Origin: an uncultured Acidobacteriaceae bacterium
GTDB lineage: Bacteria > Acidobacteriota > Terriglobia > Terriglobales > Acidobacteriaceae
Reading direction: 5' to 3'
Assembly (NCBI GenBank): GCA_963708225.1
Contig: OY970199.1
Coordinates: 3,724,689 to 3,788,688, forward strand
Length of the DNA stretch: 64,000 nt
Part shown: positions 9,542 through 19,074 of the stretch, piece after piece
Position numbering within the stretch: position 1 is the stretch's first letter
How the letters are laid out: each line of letters opens with the position of its first letter
Position numbers and translations under genes: made by a program
Notes under the pieces: generated by a model
Told to the model about the DNA's origin: nothing
Databases searched by the model: none
The model's input: only the letters and a program-made list of their open reading frames with translations

Positions 9542-11092
9542 TTACAACGGTACTTCAATCAGCGTCGGTCCTGCACCTTGTAATCCTGCCTGTAACGCCT
9601 TCCCGAACGCGTCCAACGAAGTAACACGGATGCCGGGCACTCCCATTCCTTTCGCCAACAGGGTCCAGTCCAGATCGGGACGTCCAATCTCGAACATGCT
9701 GGCGGCGCGAGCTCCCGGACTGCCGATACCCAGATAAGAAAACTCTCGCTTCAGGACAGCATAATCGCGGTTGGCGAAAACGACCGTGGTAATGTTCAGG
9801 CCCTCGCGCGCCATGGTCCACAGGGCTTGTGCCGTATACATCCCGCTGCCATCGGCGGTCAGGCATAAAACGCGGCGATCCGGGCGTGCAATCGCTGCGC
9901 CCTCCGCGAGCGGCATGGCGATTCCGATCGAGCCTCCAGTATTTCCCAGCCAGTCGTGCGGCGGAGCTGCGCTGGTTGCGGCCATCAGTCCTCGTCCTGA
10001 CGTCATGGACTCATCGACCACGATGGCGCCTTCGGGCAGAAGCGCGCCGATCACTGCGGCGAGGCCGGCTAGCGTGATTTCTCCGCTTGGTAGCGACGGC
10101 CGCTCTTCTTTTTCTGTTGTTAATTCTCGATTACCTACTGATAATGCAGCCGCCAGCGCATCCAGAGCGCCAACGTAATCTTCTCCGGGGCTGGCTAGCG
10201 TGTGGATCTCACAGTCCGGCGAAGTGAAGACGCTACTTTTCCCTGGATAGGCGAAATATGCGACTGGAGCCTGGGCGCCTACCAGAATCAATTGCCGGAA
10301 TTCCTTAAATTGGTCGATACTTTGTTCGAGAACATACTGAACCCGATCAACCCTCGGAAGACCTGCGCCGCGTTGCAGACGGGTCAGCGAGTAAGGGGCC
10401 AGCAGTTTGGCTCCGGTAGCAGCTGCGATGCGTCCTGCTAGGGCAAGACCTTTCCCATACAGCGCGTTTCCAGTCATCAGAATCGCGGTTCGCGAGCCGG
10501 ATCGGAGCATCTCGGCGGCGTGTTCGACTGTTTCGAGTTCCGGCAGGGAAGGTTTGGGCGGGGAAGGGATGGTGGCTATTGAACCACCGTCGCTCCAGGC
10601 GACGTCGGCGGGTACGATCAGCGTAGCAATCTGTCCGGGTGCGGTACGAGCGGCCACAATGGCAGAAGCCGCGTCGCGCCCAACCTCAGAAGCTGCGCGC
10701 GATGTATGCAGCCACTTTGAATAAGGACGCGCGATCGCCTCGATGTCGGAAGAGAGAGGCGGATCATATTGCAGATGATGGGCCGGGTGCTGCCCGACGA
10801 GATTGATGATTGGCACCTGGGCACGCTTCGCATTGTGCAGGTTCGCGATGCCATTGCCGAAGCCGGGGCCGAGGTGAAGCAGCGTGCAAGCGGGTTTCTC
10901 CGCCATACGCGCGTAGCCGTCGGCGGCTCCCGTTGCTACGCCCTCGAAGAGGCCGAGAATGCACCGTATCTCGCCGACCTGGTCAAGCGCGCTGACGACG
11001 TGTATTTCCGAGGTGCCTGGATTCGCAAAGCAGGCTTCAACACCGCCAGCCACCAGCGTCCGAATGAGGCTTTCTGCTCCGTTCATCGGCAT
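9542..11092 (-). CDS. Thiamine-diphosphate-dependent enzyme (acetolactate synthase large subunit-like)
   Basis: 'NGAESLIRTLVAGGVEACFANPGTSE...GAADGYARM' is the N-terminal ThDP pyrimidine-binding domain. The C-terminal 'GSIGIAMPLAEGAAIA...LTADGSGMY' is the ThDP-binding motif. The track ORF extends to a TTG at 11137 with no SD; ATG 11092 or 11086 is more plausible. Confidence 0.85.
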   Translation of the reverse strand: MPMNGAESLIRTLVAGGVEACFANPGTSEIHVVSALDQVGEIRCILGLFEGVATGAADGYARMAEKPACTLLHLGPGFGNGIANLHNAKRAQVPIINLVGQHPAHHLQYDPPLSSDIEAIARPYSKWLHTSRAASEVGRDAASAIVAARTAPGQIATLIVPADVAWSDGGSIATIPSPPKPSLPELETVEHAAEMLRSGSRTAILMTGNALYGKGLALAGRIAAATGAKLLAPYSLTRLQRGAGLPRVDRVQYVLEQSIDQFKEFRQLILVGAQAPVAYFAYPGKSSVFTSPDCEIHTLASPGEDYVGALDALAAALSVGNRELTTEKEERPSLPSGEITLAGLAAVIGALLPEGAIVVDESMTSGRGLMAATSAAPPHDWLGNTGGSIGIAMPLAEGAAIARPDRRVLCLTADGSGMYTAQALWTMAREGLNITTVVFANRDYAVLKREFSYLGIGSPGARAASMFEIGRPDLDWTLLAKGMGVPGIRVTSLDAFGKALQAGLQGAGPTLIEVPL

Positions 11093-11221
11093 TTTCCGTT
11101 TGTCATTGTCAATGTGCGATTCCCCGATGCCACTCAAGCAAGGAGTATACCCAACGCCGATGAGACGCTGAAGATGAGGCGTTGAAAACGGTCAGGCCGA
11201 TAAGTTCAAGTTGTTCGGAGC

Positions 11222-11253
11222 AAAAAAAAACGCGCCCGCTTGCAACGGGCGCG
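11222..11253 (-). terminator. Rho-independent terminator of the 1355-aa secreted protein gene
   Basis: An 8-bp GC-rich stem, CGCGCCCG (11231-11238) paired with CGGGCGCG (11246-11253), has a 7-nt loop. On the minus strand it is followed by a run of 9 T (11222-11230). It lies 23 nt downstream of the stop at 11276. Confidence 0.75.
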
Positions 11254-11275
11254 GTTCGACTCGTTCAATCGCCGG

Positions 11276-14200
11276 TTAGTGCGTCGTGATCGTAAACGTC
11301 TGCGTAGTCTGGACTCCGTTCGGATTGGTGTACGTTGCCACGTAGGTGTTGGTGCCAAAGCCTAGCGGAATACTGTTGATCTGGCGCGAGGTGGAAGTGT
11401 ATCCGTGCGGTCCGGTCCAACTCCATGAACCGACGTTCAGAGGTTGTGGCCCAAGATTTACCGAGGACCCATAACGCACGCTTGCAGTGGCGGTTTGCTG
11501 CCAGGCTGCTCCGTTCACCTGAATGTAGGGAACGATTGGTGTTCCGGTGAGCGTATAGACTCCGGTGGTCACAGTGCTGTTGGTGTGGCCGCTGGCCACG
11601 GCGATCGCCTCAACAGTGGTGGTTACGCTGATCTTGAAAGGCGAGGTGTACCTCGTAGAACTCGTGGTGGGAGTGGTGCCATTGGTTGTGTAGTAAATGG
11701 TCGCACCCGATGTCGAGTCAGAGAGGGTTATGGTGACGGCTGAGGTGTAACCACCTGGCGATGGGCTGAAGCTGGGGGGTAAAGTTCCAGGCGAGGTGAT
11801 CGTGTAGCTTGCCTTGCTGACTGGGCTGTTGTTGAAGCCAGGGGCCACGGCGATCGCCTGAATGCTGGTTGCCGAAGTGATGGTCAGGGGCGACGTGTAC
11901 TTGGTAGAACTCGTCGTAGGAGTCGATCCGTTCGTGGTGTAGTAAATCACCGCGCCGGATGTCGTGTCGGACAACGACACAGTTACGGAAGTGACGTAGC
12001 TCCCCGCAGGCGGGTTGAAGTTCGGGGCCGCTGCTGTGGGGTAGGTGATGGTATAGGTCCCGGTGGTGACTGGGCTGTTGTTGAAGCCAGGGGCCACAGC
12101 GATTGCCTCAAACGTAGTGGTTGTCGTGACCGTGATTGGCGAACTATACACGGCAGAACTCGCCGTTGGGGTGGTGCCGTTGGTGGTGTAGTGAATGACC
12201 GCGCCGGTTGTCGAATCGGCCAACGTTACGGTGGCGGAGGAAAGGTAGCTCCCCGGCGTTGGGCTGAAGATCGGAGTAAGAGCCGTCGGAAGGTTGATGG
12301 TGTATACGCCTACCGCAGCGCCGCTGTTCACATAGCCCGGGGCCACCGCGATCGCCTCGATGGTGGTCGTGGCGGTCACCGGTATGGCAGTGCTGTACAC
12401 CGGTGAGGACGCTGTGGGCGTCGTTCCGTTGGTGGTGTAGTGAATGACCGCGCCCGGTGTGGTATCCGACAAAATTACCGACTGCGCGGCGGTGTACGTC
12501 CCCGCTGGCGGGTTGAAGCCTGGGGTGGCGGCGGTCGGCGTCACCGAACCAGCTAAGCCCGCTGCCAGGAAAACCACATTGCGGTTGGAAGGCAACTTCA
12601 CGCTCACCGGCGTCTTTCCGGCGGTTAAAGCGAATGTATATCCGAAGACGTACATATTGATGGTTTGGGTTTGTCCGTTCGGCGAGACGCGGTTTGCCAT
12701 CTGTGCGACGGTGGTTTCTCCCGTGTAATTCTGCGGGATGGCCCAGTCGCTGAAGTTTTGTGTGAATGTGCTGGTGGTTCCGTCACTGTATGTCACAACA
12801 ACGTTCTGCTTGGACTGTGCTCCATTGACTGCGCCGCCCAGCAGATAAAGCTTGGTGTAAGTGCCGGTGACGATAGGAACGGTCTGAGAGGTGATGGCGT
12901 CCACCACATTCGAAGCTCCCAGAGGAAAAGCAACACCCTGATAAGTCAACGAAGTGCCGATCAGGCTTGAGTTATAAGCGTAGGAGTCATTGTCGAAGCC
13001 ACCACTCTTTGGAGCGGTTCCGACGGTCGCGATACCGTAGACATTGTAGAGGCTGGCGAGATTCACGACCGTCCCCGTGCTCGGGGTGATGGTGTAGAGA
13101 CCGCTCGCCGGAAGACTGTTGTTATAGCCAGCCGCTACTGCGACGGCCTGAAGAGTGGTGGTAGCGCTGATCGTGAGTGTAGTGCATACCGGAGAACTCG
13201 GCGCCGCCGGGGTTCCGTCTGTGGTGCAGTGAATTACCGCGCCCGGTGTTGTATCCGAGACAGTTACGGTTTGGGCGGACGGGTAACCTCCCGCTGGCGG
13301 ATTGAACGTTGGCGTAAGGGCAGTAGGCAAAGTGATCGTGTAGGTTCCGATCGCTGGGCTGCTGGTGTTGAAGCCCGCTGCGATCGCGATCGCCTGGATT
13401 GTGGTGGTGACGCTTACCTGTACGGTAGAGCACACCGGAGAAGTCGCCGTCACCGGAGTTCCATCGGTGGTGCAGTGAATCACCGCACCCGGCGTCGTAT
13501 CCGACAAGGTCACCGTCTGAGCCGAATTGTAAGGTCCCGGTAGCGGGTTGAACATCGGCGTCACAGCGGTCGCTTGTCCAGGCGTAAGGAAGTAAGTCCC
13601 GGCGGCGATGGCGCTGTTATTCGATCCGGCGGCCACAGCGATTGCTTGAATCGTAGTCGTCGCGTTTACCGGTATTGCCGTGCTGCTATACACCGAAGAC
13701 GACGTGGTTGGTGTCGTACCGTTGGTCGTGTAATAGATCACGGCATTCGGAGTTGTATCGGACAAGATTACAGATGCTGCTGCGCCGTAGGCTCCGGGCG
13801 CGGGGTTGAAGCTCGGAGTAGCTGCAACGGGGTTCGCGCCGATTGGGGCGTAATTGGACTCGCCGATACAGGAAACGACTCCGCCGATTCCGGATTGAAG
13901 GTAAGTGAATTCCATCTCGGATGTCGCATTTTCGAGGACGCCGGTCATGGTAAATACGTCGTAAATCGGCCCCACGAAGTTGCCGGTAAACGTGCCATCG
14001 GGATTCACCGTATAGGTCCCGGTGTAGGGGTTATCGCCGAAACTGCCATCGTCGAATGCGTCCACGCCGGTGAGATTGCCGTGGCCGTCGAATGTCACGT
14101 AGTTGAGATCGACTTCGCTGCCGCCGCAAGATGCAGAATACGTGCCAACGAGACTCGACAGACTGTAGGGCGTGACGGGAACCTGAAGCTGACTCTGCAA

Positions 14201-15343
14201 GTCAATGGTGGCGACCGCGGTGCCGTCGGTCTGGATACCGAGAGCTTCGTTTCCCGATTCAGCGGTGCCGACGACGAAAGTCAAAGGCGTCGCCTGATTC
14301 GCCAGATTTAACGTAATGTTGATCGTGTTGTCGCTGTTCACCGTATACGACCCGGTAACGCTGGTATTGCCATATTGCGCGTTGATGCCGCCGTTGACGT
14401 TGGTGCCGCTCAGTCCGCCGGTGCCGTTGGCGAAGATTGAACCGGAAAGATATTCTCCGCCGCCGCCGCTCTGCGCGACTCCGCTCACGACGAAGCCGTA
14501 CCAACCGGACAAATTGGCCGTGGTGGTTCCGGAGGTAGAAAACTGCTTGCCGACGCAAGCGAGAACGGCGCCAAGCCCGGACTGATCATAGGTGTATTCG
14601 ATCTCCGAAATACCATCATCGATGACACCGGTAAAACTGTATTGGCTGAAATTTCCAGCCAGACTACCTGAGAAGGTGCCGTCGCCATTTACCGAATAAG
14701 TCCCCGTGTATGGGCTATTGCCCTGTGAGCCGCCAACGTTAAAAGCGTCCGTGCCCGAGAGGTTGCCTGCGCCATCGAAGGTCACATAGTTGAGGTCCGC
14801 TGCAGAACCGCCAAAGCAGGAAGCGGCATAGGCGCCCTTCAGGTTCGCGGTGGTGTATCCAGAAGTCAGAGTTGTCAGCTGCGATTGCAGATCGATGGTG
14901 GCTTCAAGAGTGCCGTCGCTCTCTAAACCGCGTGCCTTGTTGCCTGATTCACTGACGCCTACCATATAGGTTTGCGGGGTCGACTGGCCGGCAAAGTTTA
15001 ACGTGATGGTAAAAGTATTGTCCGAATTCTGAGCATAAGTGCCGGTAACGCTGGTGGTGGCGTAGGTTCCGCCGCTGCCGCCTGAGACGTTGGTGCCAGA
15101 GACGTTGCAGTTGCCATCGAAGAAGAGTGCACCGGAGAGATATTTTCCTCCGCCGCTGACGAGCATGCCGTACCAACCGGACAGACTTGTGGCACCGGCG
15201 CAAGCGGCGGGAACCTGTGCCCCGGAATCTAACGCCCTGGGAACGTGTTTTTGTGGAGCTGCGAAGGCGCTGAAGAAAGTCGATCCCAGCAATACCATTA
15301 CGGCTACGGACGAAGCACGCGCGATAGTCTTAATCTTAATCAA
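11276..15343 (-). CDS. Large secreted multi-repeat protein: signal peptide, duplicated ~215-aa module, 7 chitobiase/hexosaminidase-C-like (CHB_HEX_C) repeats, an unknown ~170-aa insert and a C-terminal Ig-like domain
   Basis: TTG start with a GGGAG SD 8 nt upstream. Signal peptide 'VMVLLGSTFFSAFAAP'. The repeat consensus 'FNPPAGxYxxAQxVxLSDTTPGAVIxYTTxGTTPTxSSxxY...TTTIxAIAVAxGxxNS' occurs 7 times (aa 508-752 and 939-1265). Confidence 0.8.
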   Translation of the reverse strand: MIKIKTIARASSVAVMVLLGSTFFSAFAAPQKHVPRALDSGAQVPAACAGATSLSGWYGMLVSGGGKYLSGALFFDGNCNVSGTNVSGGSGGTYATTSVTGTYAQNSDNTFTITLNFAGQSTPQTYMVGVSESGNKARGLESDGTLEATIDLQSQLTTLTSGYTTANLKGAYAASCFGGSAADLNYVTFDGAGNLSGTDAFNVGGSQGNSPYTGTYSVNGDGTFSGSLAGNFSQYSFTGVIDDGISEIEYTYDQSGLGAVLACVGKQFSTSGTTTANLSGWYGFVVSGVAQSGGGGEYLSGSIFANGTGGLSGTNVNGGINAQYGNTSVTGSYTVNSDNTINITLNLANQATPLTFVVGTAESGNEALGIQTDGTAVATIDLQSQLQVPVTPYSLSSLVGTYSASCGGSEVDLNYVTFDGHGNLTGVDAFDDGSFGDNPYTGTYTVNPDGTFTGNFVGPIYDVFTMTGVLENATSEMEFTYLQSGIGGVVSCIGESNYAPIGANPVAATPSFNPAPGAYGAAASVILSDTTPNAVIYYTTNGTTPTTSSSVYSSTAIPVNATTTIQAIAVAAGSNNSAIAAGTYFLTPGQATAVTPMFNPLPGPYNSAQTVTLSDTTPGAVIHCTTDGTPVTATSPVCSTVQVSVTTTIQAIAIAAGFNTSSPAIGTYTITLPTALTPTFNPPAGGYPSAQTVTVSDTTPGAVIHCTTDGTPAAPSSPVCTTLTISATTTLQAVAVAAGYNNSLPASGLYTITPSTGTVVNLASLYNVYGIATVGTAPKSGGFDNDSYAYNSSLIGTSLTYQGVAFPLGASNVVDAITSQTVPIVTGTYTKLYLLGGAVNGAQSKQNVVVTYSDGTTSTFTQNFSDWAIPQNYTGETTVAQMANRVSPNGQTQTINMYVFGYTFALTAGKTPVSVKLPSNRNVVFLAAGLAGSVTPTAATPGFNPPAGTYTAAQSVILSDTTPGAVIHYTTNGTTPTASSPVYSTAIPVTATTTIEAIAVAPGYVNSGAAVGVYTINLPTALTPIFSPTPGSYLSSATVTLADSTTGAVIHYTTNGTTPTASSAVYSSPITVTTTTTFEAIAVAPGFNNSPVTTGTYTITYPTAAAPNFNPPAGSYVTSVTVSLSDTTSGAVIYYTTNGSTPTTSSTKYTSPLTITSATSIQAIAVAPGFNNSPVSKASYTITSPGTLPPSFSPSPGGYTSAVTITLSDSTSGATIYYTTNGTTPTTSSTRYTSPFKISVTTTVEAIAVASGHTNSTVTTGVYTLTGTPIVPYIQVNGAAWQQTATASVRYGSSVNLGPQPLNVGSWSWTGPHGYTSTSRQINSIPLGFGTNTYVATYTNPNGVQTTQTFTITTH
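11549..12529 (-). repeat. Four tandem CHB_HEX_C-like repeats (copies 4-7), ~78 aa each; copies 1-3 lie at 13088-13822
   Basis: Periodic ~234-nt coding repeat visible in the translation, with consensus as given for the parent CDS. Confidence 0.7.
13862..15184 (-). repeat. Intragenic tandem duplication: two ~215-aa modules of unknown fold (aa 54-266 and 278-494)
   Basis: Both copies share 'LSGWYG..VSG...YLSG..F..G....SGTNV.GG......TSVTG.Y..NSDNT..ITLN.A.Q.TP.T..VG..ESGN.A.G...DGT..ATIDLQSQL' followed by 'DLNYVTFDG.GNL.G.DAF......NPYTGTY.VN.DGTF.G'. Confidence 0.7.
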
Positions 15344-15566
15344 TGGAATTTCTCCCGATGGCTTTCTTATGACTTGAACTCTTGGAGGGGGAAGCCCAGA
15401 TCGGTGAGACCTAAGGCCTTGTCCTTAAGATTACAACAGGAGGCTGCAAAGTCAAGATGAGGCTAGTCAAAATTCTGTTAAAAAATCATGTAGACGTGCA
15501 GATATTTGCACAATTTGGCCATTTCCGTTCCAGTGCGGGATCGACGGTCCGAGCCCCGAGGTTCAG

Positions 15567-16778
15567 TTACGGAGTAACCTGAAAGATGACGCCTTTGTGG
15601 CTGGTCCCGCCGTATTTGGTCGTTCCGTAGAGCACGCCCTGATTCAATACCAGGTTGCTGAAGGAATAGAGTCCGTCTTTGCCCCCGGTGAAGGTGTAAA
15701 GCTGGTCATAGGTCCAAGATCCACCCGAAGGGGTTAGCTCATAAACCGTCCCGGAATTGTATTCGCCGTCGCAATGTGTCGTGCCGTAGAGCTTGCCAGA
15801 GGAGGGATCCAGGACAACGCTGCGGAAACTGCCTGAAATGCCCCAGCCCGGTACGCTATAGATCGTTGTGAAATTCCAGGTATCGTTCGAAGGGGTCAGC
15901 TCGAAAATTGTGCCGCCGCCGTTAGCCCCGCCCTCGGTGGCTGTGCCGTACAAATTTCCCGCTTTATCGAAAATCAGACTGGCATACGGGACCGCTCCGT
16001 CGTTCGCATCCTGGAAATCGTGCAGAATGGTTTCTGTCCAAGGACTTCCTGGGGTTAACTGGAAAATTGTTCCGAGCGCGTATGCGCCTCCAGCGGAAGT
16101 CGTGCCATACACATTGCCGGAAGCGTCGAGAACGACACCACCTACCGGGGTCGCGCCATCCGTGCCGGTACCAAAACTGTAGAGGACACTCTCTTTCCAA
16201 GGTCCGCCTGCAACTGACGGAACAGCGAGCTTGAAGACCGTGCCGTTGCCGCTCGTGCCGCCCGCGGCGGTGGTGCCGTACAGGCTTCCCGTAGCATCCA
16301 TCGTCAAACCGGCTTGCGGACCGGTTCCGTCGTTTTGCCCCGCAAAGTTGTAGAGCACGGTCTCCACCAGTCCGCTGACTTCAAAAACCGTTCCCGCGCC
16401 GTGGGTTCCGCCTGCGGCGGTGGTGCCGTAAAGGTTGCCGAGGCTATCCCGAACCAATGATCCCTGAGGGCCGGAGCCGTCCTTTACGCCGCCGATGAAT
16501 TTGTGGAGGACGGTTTCCACGCCTTTACTGGTAACCATGAAGACAACGCCGTTGGTGGCTTTGCCTCCAGCACTAGCGGTGCCGTAGAGGTTGCCGGCCG
16601 CATCGATTACCAGACCATTCATGGGATCTGATCCGTTGGAACCGCTGAAGCTGTGAACCACGTGGAAGGTTTGAGCTTGCACGAGCGGAATCGAAATCGT
16701 TGCCAGCGCGATGACCGCTGAAAGCAAGGTTAATGCAAATAAATACTTGGAGGTGGGGGATACCGATTCAGCCTGCAT
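15567..16778 (-). CDS. Secreted GloVer (Gloeo_Verruco, TIGR03803-type) tandem-repeat protein
   Basis: Signal peptide 'LFALTLLSAVIALATISIPLVQA', then about 8 repeats of 'G..P.gglv.D..GNLYGTT..GG....GTvFel'. This is the signature of the choice-of-anchor GloVer repeat. Confidence 0.8.
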   Translation of the reverse strand: MQAESVSPTSKYLFALTLLSAVIALATISIPLVQAQTFHVVHSFSGSNGSDPMNGLVIDAAGNLYGTASAGGKATNGVVFMVTSKGVETVLHKFIGGVKDGSGPQGSLVRDSLGNLYGTTAAGGTHGAGTVFEVSGLVETVLYNFAGQNDGTGPQAGLTMDATGSLYGTTAAGGTSGNGTVFKLAVPSVAGGPWKESVLYSFGTGTDGATPVGGVVLDASGNVYGTTSAGGAYALGTIFQLTPGSPWTETILHDFQDANDGAVPYASLIFDKAGNLYGTATEGGANGGGTIFELTPSNDTWNFTTIYSVPGWGISGSFRSVVLDPSSGKLYGTTHCDGEYNSGTVYELTPSGGSWTYDQLYTFTGGKDGLYSFSNLVLNQGVLYGTTKYGGTSHKGVIFQVTP

Positions 16779-17036
16779 TGCTCTTACCTACCTTTCGAGT
16801 GCTAGCTTGGGGGGCTCGCAAAGGTCGGCTCGTCTGGAGAAGAGACCGGACCGGGTTTTTTAGAGCTTCTTACACCATCCTTCAGTTGTCAAGAATGAGT
16901 AGTGCACTATTTTAAAGTGAGAGAGAGTTAAGGAAGAATGTTGCAATATTGTCCCAAAGCAATGCAGCAAAATGACATAAGGGACGACAAGGTTGCGTCT
17001 TGCAAAAGGGGACGGTTCTCTCAGAAGCCTCGGTTT

Positions 17037-18056
17037 TCAGTCGGATTTCGTGTGGCTGGGACTAGACGAAACTTGAGGCGGCAACTCTTCCACCAAGTTG
17101 GAGATGGCGGCCGCGAGACTCTCAAAGTGTATGGTCATGATTCCCAAATGGTCGCCCGGCACCGTATCAACTTTGAACTCTTGCGCCAGATGAGACCAAA
17201 CGGCAGATGGATCGGCCGGATAGTCAGTGGGAATTTCCGCTCGAATAAAATTTATCTTTCCCGGATAAAACCGGGGACGATACCGCTCCAACGCGACACG
17301 GTTGGCCTCTCGGAAACTTTGCACCGCGGCTAACGATGGCACTTCGATCGCGGTTCGGTAGGGTGCGGCTACGCCGAGCCATTGCAATTTACCGGCAATC
17401 CACCGCCAGGTTTGCCGGGCCGTCAGGCGCGCGCGTTGTCCCAGCGGCAAGTAGTTGGTATGCGGATAGGAATCCAGCATTGCCAACAGTTCTACTCTCT
17501 GTCCCTCCGCAATCAGCTGTTGCGCCATTTCCAGGGAGACCAGACCCCCAAGCGAAAATCCGATGAGGCGATATGGCCCATGGGGCTGGATCTCTTTGAC
17601 AGCATCGAGTGAATATCGAGCCATGTCTTCGATGCGATTCAGCGGCTCTTCAACGCCGTCGATGCCCTTCGCTTGCATGCCATGAATCGGGTGAGACGTG
17701 TGAATGTATTTCACGACCTGGAAAAAATCCATGGCGCTGCCACCTAACCCATGGGCGATAAAAATCGGGGTATCGTCCGTCCCACCCTTTAACAGGAGCA
17801 AGGGTGGAATGCGAAGTGCGGAGGGCTGCTCCAGAAGCGCAGCCAGAGCGGTAATCGTGGGCGCCTGGTAGATCACGACTGGGGGCAGTTCGCATCCGCA
17901 GACGAGTGCGATTTCGTTGAATAGTTCAAGCGCGAGCGAGGAATCGCCACCAAGATCAAAAAAATTGTCGTTGATCCCCACCGACGAAAGCTGGAGAACC
18001 CGCTGCCAGATGGGAGTCAGAACCTCGATCATCGTGGATGTGGAGGTCATTTTCAC
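17037..18056 (-). CDS. Free-standing carrier protein-thioesterase didomain (T-TE)
   Basis: Phosphopantetheine attachment site 'FFDLGGDSSLALELF'. Alpha/beta-hydrolase TE with 'PIFIAHGLGGS', the nucleophile elbow 'GFSLGG' and C-terminal 'PGDHLG'. Confidence 0.85.
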   Translation of the reverse strand: MKMTSTSTMIEVLTPIWQRVLQLSSVGINDNFFDLGGDSSLALELFNEIALVCGCELPPVVIYQAPTITALAALLEQPSALRIPPLLLLKGGTDDTPIFIAHGLGGSAMDFFQVVKYIHTSHPIHGMQAKGIDGVEEPLNRIEDMARYSLDAVKEIQPHGPYRLIGFSLGGLVSLEMAQQLIAEGQRVELLAMLDSYPHTNYLPLGQRARLTARQTWRWIAGKLQWLGVAAPYRTAIEVPSLAAVQSFREANRVALERYRPRFYPGKINFIRAEIPTDYPADPSAVWSHLAQEFKVDTVPGDHLGIMTIHFESLAAAISNLVEELPPQVSSSPSHTKSD

Positions 18057-18093
18057 TCCACACCCCCGGCCGGCGAGATTGATTGGCTACTGA

Positions 18094-18957
18094 TCACGAA
18101 TGTGCGAAAGCCCAGTAGAGTGCTCGTGCCTTGTTATACAGAGGGCCAAAAGGAATCTTGCGATCGCCTATCCGGGTCGCCGGAACAACCTTAGAATAAT
18201 TCCCCGTCGCAAAGATCTCGTCCGCAACCTCAAAGTCCGAATATTTAAGAGTTTTCTCGACGACACTCACGCCGTTCTGGCGCAACAAACCGATCACACG
18301 TTGACGGGTAATTCCGTTCAGAAACGTCCCGTTCGCAATCGGAGTAAAAACCACGCCATCCTTGGCCATAAAAATATTGGACGTGGCAAGTTCGGCTACA
18401 TTACCCAGCATGTCGCAAACAATCGCATTGTCGAACCCTCGAGCCTGCGCTTCGAAAAGTGAACGCGAGTTGTTGGGATAAAGACACCCGGCTTTGGCAT
18501 CGACGGGCATGGTTTCAAGGGATGGACGCCGATAGGGAGACAACGTAATCGAAAAGCCTTTAGGCTCTCGCATGGGAGCTTCATAAACGCAAAGGCAATA
18601 TTGCGTGGACTTGGGATCATGGGCCTGGACCCAAGGTCCCTCTTTTTCTGCCCAATACATCGGCCGGATGTAAAGCGCGGCATCCTTCTCGAAGCGGGCA
18701 ACTCCTTCCCGCGCCAGCTTCATCCATGTCTCGGCTGAGACCGTAGGCTCCAGGAACAGTTTCCTTGCGGAGTCATTGACGCGCGCGCAATGCAGATCAA
18801 GGTCGGGCGTGACGCCTTCGAACGCCCTGGCGCCGTCAAACACCACTGAGCAAAGCCACGCCGCATGGGTTCGTGGACCCATAATTCCGATGTTGCCTTC
18901 GTGCCACTCTCCCTGGAAGAATGTCCAGGTCTTCGAACAACCGGTTCCGATTGCCAA
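18094..18957 (-). CDS. Class-IV (fold type IV) PLP aminotransferase, branched-chain amino acid aminotransferase-like
   Basis: 'FFQGEWHEGNIGIMGPRTHAAWLCSVVFDGARAF', 'LYIRPMYW' and 'GNYSKVVP' match the short IlvE-type aminotransferase. It lies 37 nt upstream of T-TE and 117 nt downstream of the NRPS. Confidence 0.85.
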   Translation of the reverse strand: MAIGTGCSKTWTFFQGEWHEGNIGIMGPRTHAAWLCSVVFDGARAFEGVTPDLDLHCARVNDSARKLFLEPTVSAETWMKLAREGVARFEKDAALYIRPMYWAEKEGPWVQAHDPKSTQYCLCVYEAPMREPKGFSITLSPYRRPSLETMPVDAKAGCLYPNNSRSLFEAQARGFDNAIVCDMLGNVAELATSNIFMAKDGVVFTPIANGTFLNGITRQRVIGLLRQNGVSVVEKTLKYSDFEVADEIFATGNYSKVVPATRIGDRKIPFGPLYNKARALYWAFAHS

Positions 18958-19074
18958 TGGAATTCCTTCCTGGTTACGCTTTCCTGAATGTTTTATGGAA
19001 CTGACGTAATCGTACCGGTCAGTACCATGCTGTTTGCATTTAAGAATTAAGGTACGCTAACGGAATTTATAGCG

